This document shows positions 61,671 to 64,000 of a stretch of DNA of 64,000 bases, piece by piece; positions within the stretch are counted from its first letter, which is position 1; each line of letters begins with the position of its first letter. The notes under the pieces are model-generated. The model was not told where the DNA came from and made no database searches. It saw nothing but the letters and a program-made list of their open reading frames with translations. The stretch comes from an uncultured Pelagibacteraceae bacterium (lineage in GTDB: Bacteria > Pseudomonadota > Alphaproteobacteria > Pelagibacterales > Pelagibacteraceae), in the NCBI GenBank assembly GCA_902611815.1, contig CACMAZ010000002.1, positions 2,178 through 66,177 on the forward strand. Reading direction: 5' to 3'. Position numbers and translations under genes: made by a program.

Positions 61671-62251
61671 TTATATTCCTGTAAATAGTTTTTGATTTTT
61701 GTTATTGGAAGCCCCATTATAGTATTTTTATCCCCTTTTATTTCACTAAATAACTTTAATCCTTCACCTTCTATTTGATAAACATTATATGCATATAGAC
61801 TCTTATCTGAAATTTTAGATAAATAATCTTTGAGTTCATTGTCATTAAGATCTTTCATGACCAGTTCTGCTTTGTCGGTATGATTCCAAATCATATTTCC
61901 TCTTTTCGAAATACAAACTGAGCTGATTAAATAGTGGGCTTTTCCTCTCATCCTTTTCAAAATATTAAGTGCTTCATCTCTTGATTTAGGTTTTGAAATT
62001 ATCTCACCATCTAGATCGATTACGCTGTCAGCACCTAGAACAAGTTTCTCTGGCATTTTATTACTTACTTTATTTGCTTTTAATTCTGCAAGATTTTTAG
62101 ATATTATTTCTGGAGTTGCGCCCTCTTTTAACAAGGATTGTTTTATAACATCTTCATCAACCTTTGACGGTTCGACGGCACAGGTTATGCCATTATCCAG
62201 TAAAATCTTTTTTCTTACTTCGCTTTTTGAGGCTAATATAATCTCATTCAT
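61667..62251 (-). CDS. maf: Maf nucleoside triphosphate pyrophosphatase
   Basis: ILASKS..R, VDED, KA..VS, LGADS, YQIEG, MGLP; start moved to ATG 62251. Confidence 0.9.
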   Translation of the reverse strand: MNEIILASKSEVRKKILLDNGITCAVEPSKVDEDVIKQSLLKEGATPEIISKNLAELKANKVSNKMPEKLVLGADSVIDLDGEIISKPKSRDEALNILKRMRGKAHYLISSVCISKRGNMIWNHTDKAELVMKDLNDNELKDYLSKISDKSLYAYNVYQIEGEGLKLFSEIKGDKNTIMGLPITKIKNYLQEYK

Positions 62252-63068
62252 TTTTATTAAATATATCGTGGATTTTAAGTATAGAGGCCGCTGTTTCTTC
62301 AACTGATTTTCTTGTGACATCGATTGTTGGCCATTTATATTTCATAAATAGTTTCTTTGATAATTCTATTTCGCTTTTGATTTTCTCAAAATCTATATAA
62401 TTTGTATTCTCGTTTTCTTTAATGGTTTGCATTCTATTTTTTCTCAAATCAACCAATCTATCTGGCTCCGCTGTGAGACCAACAATGCATGTACAATCTG
62501 GTTTTTCTTTTAAAAAATCAGGAACAGATTTTTCATTTATTAGAGGGATATTTGAAATTTTCATACCTTTGTTTGCTAAATAAATTGATGTTGGAGTTTT
62601 ACTGGTCCTGCTAACACCTAGTAAAATAATATCTGATTTAACAATATCTTCCAATGAATTTCCATCATCATGATTCATTGTAAACTGTATAGCTTCAATC
62701 TTTTTATAGTAATCTTCATTCATAACGTGTTGCCCACTTGGAATATGGCTTGCTTCTTGATTGAGTAATTTTGAAAAAGTTAAAATAAGGTCTCCCAATA
62801 CACCAAAACATGGTATATTTTTTTTGTTACACTCTGATGATAAAAATTGAGCGAGTTTATTGTCCACTATAGTGTATAAAAAAATGGAATTTTTTTTTTT
62901 AGTAGAATTTTCTATAATTTTTAATATTTGATTTTCCGTTCGAGTAAAAGAAAAATAATGGGTCTTATAGTTGAAGTTTTTAAATTGAGCCTTAATAGCT
63001 AGAAATATTCTCTCCAGGGTTTCTCCAGTTGAGTCCGAAACTAAATAAATTTCATATGTATTACTCAT
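62244..63068 (-). CDS. PPDK/PEP synthase regulatory kinase-pyrophosphorylase (DUF299)
   Basis: VSDSTGET, HDDG, GVSRTSKTPTSIYLA, DVTRKSVEETA. Confidence 0.92.
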   Translation of the reverse strand: MSNTYEIYLVSDSTGETLERIFLAIKAQFKNFNYKTHYFSFTRTENQILKIIENSTKKKNSIFLYTIVDNKLAQFLSSECNKKNIPCFGVLGDLILTFSKLLNQEASHIPSGQHVMNEDYYKKIEAIQFTMNHDDGNSLEDIVKSDIILLGVSRTSKTPTSIYLANKGMKISNIPLINEKSVPDFLKEKPDCTCIVGLTAEPDRLVDLRKNRMQTIKENENTNYIDFEKIKSEIELSKKLFMKYKWPTIDVTRKSVEETAASILKIHDIFNKNE

Positions 63069-63352
63069 GTATAACTAATAAAGATTTTTGTATTAATTTT
63101 AATTTATTAAATAAACTTATTAATTCTAACATCCAAAATCAAAAAAATGCTTTTTAATAACATTATTAAACATGTTTATAACCAATATACCGCTTTTTGA
63201 ACAAAATTTATATTATTCAAGAACTCTTTAATTCTTTGATTTATTTAAACAAATTAACTGTGAAAAAAATGTTATAAAAGTGTTAGAAAATAGTAATATT
63301 CAATATTAACATCCCTAATACAAATATTATAAATATTACTTATTCTATTATT
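63069..63352. other. Probable chromosomal replication origin (oriC)
   Basis: Largest intergenic gap in the window (284 bp), extremely AT-rich, at the conserved alphaproteobacterial origin position between hemE and the divergent DUF299-maf-aroE-coaE-dnaQ operon; TGTGAAAAA at 63259 fits TTWTNCACA. Confidence 0.72.
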
Positions 63353-64000
63353 ATGACTATTTTACTGGATTGTATAAAAAGAAAATCTAATACCAATTGT
63401 ATATGGTTAATGAGACAAGCTGGAAGATATTTACCAGAATTTAGGGAGATAAGGTCAAAGAATCAGGATTTTATAAAACTATGTTTGAATGAAGATTTGT
63501 CATCTGAAATTACAGTTCAGCCTTTAAGAAGATTTGATATAGATGCAGCAATAATATTTTCTGATATTTTATTAGTACCTTTTGCTTTAGGTCAATCAGT
63601 AAAATTTAAAAAAGATTTTGGACCACTATTAGGCGAAATAGATTTTAATAAAATGTCAAACATAAACGAAATACAATTTACAGATAAATTAAAACCTATT
63701 TATAATGCTATAAAAAAAACAAAAGATAAAATAGAATTAAAAAATAAGGATCTAATAGGATTTGTTGGAGCGCCATGGACTATTCTTATTTATATGTTAA
63801 ATCAAGAATCTCCTAAAAACAAAGATTTGAATTATAATTTAAAGGATCAGAAATTTATTGAGGACTTATTAAAAGTTATTATAAAGTTTCTTAAAATTCA
63901 TATTAATAATCAAATCGAAAGTGGAGCAACAATTATTCAAATATTTGACAGCTGGGCTGGACTTTTAAAAGAAAAGGACTACGATAAATATATCTACAAC
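63353..64000 (+). CDS. hemE: Uroporphyrinogen decarboxylase (partial, runs off the window)
   Basis: Not in ORF track. Manual translation: IWLMRQAGRYLPEF, DAAIIFSDIL, IGFVGAPWT, QIFDSWAG. Confidence 0.96.
   Translation, partial: MTILLDCIKRKSNTNCIWLMRQAGRYLPEFREIRSKNQDFIKLCLNEDLSSEITVQPLRRFDIDAAIIFSDILLVPFALGQSVKFKKDFGPLLGEIDFNKMSNINEIQFTDKLKPIYNAIKKTKDKIELKNKDLIGFVGAPWTILIYMLNQESPKNKDLNYNLKDQKFIEDLLKVIIKFLKIHINNQIESGATIIQIFDSWAGLLKEKDYDKYIYN

Noticed and set aside
61667-62320. Long maf/DUF299 overlap in the ORF track (likewise ccmH, purH, lon-N, ubiH and photolyase extensions)
   Set aside because: Artefacts of the earliest-start rule; downstream ATGs give family-typical N-termini
63090-63125. 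CtrA site (TTAA-N7-TTAA) in the putative origin
   Set aside because: TTAA half-sites are present but not at 7-bp spacing
1-64000. CRISPR arrays, IS elements, prophage, rRNA, parS palindromes
   Set aside because: No spaced direct repeats, transposase/integrase/capsid ORFs, rRNA-like segments or GTTTCACGTGAAAC sites were seen by eye

Overview
Very AT-rich, densely packed alphaproteobacterial chromosome segment. Gene content, composition and minimal spacers point to SAR11/Pelagibacterales (inference). In order: (1) a 15-kb minus-strand run of hspQ, ccmCDEFGH, a PagL-like gene, two tandem FMN alpha-hydroxy-acid oxidases, an aminotransferase, an FAD D-2-hydroxyacid dehydrogenase, an NAD 2-hydroxyacid reductase, a TRAP transporter and an amidase; (2) a UV/light-repair island (20.5-28.4 kb) with a domain-inverted NewPHL-type photolyase and a (6-4)-type photolyase lacking Fe-S cysteines, the latter heading an apparently coupled operon with a GT2/polytopic membrane pair, DUF393, a DUF2256 gene missed by the ORF track, a CRTAC1-like protein and a secreted 10-Cys protein; (3) two GT41 TPR glycosyltransferases around folD-hemCD-tsaD; (4) acs with a polybasic N-terminal tail and an ActP-like symporter; (5) housekeeping genes (rpe, purH, tRNA-Gly, ftsK, his, hslUV, secB, dnaQ, coaE, aroE, maf); and (6) the probable replication origin before hemE. 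Best candidates for undescribed biology: the CRTAC1/Cys-rich pair in the photolyase operon, a long RNA hairpin with two anti-SD-like loop motifs upstream of ccmC, and leaderless RpoH-like promoters with identical geometry. No CRISPR array, transposase or integrase was seen. All family calls come from motif recognition by eye, not database searches.
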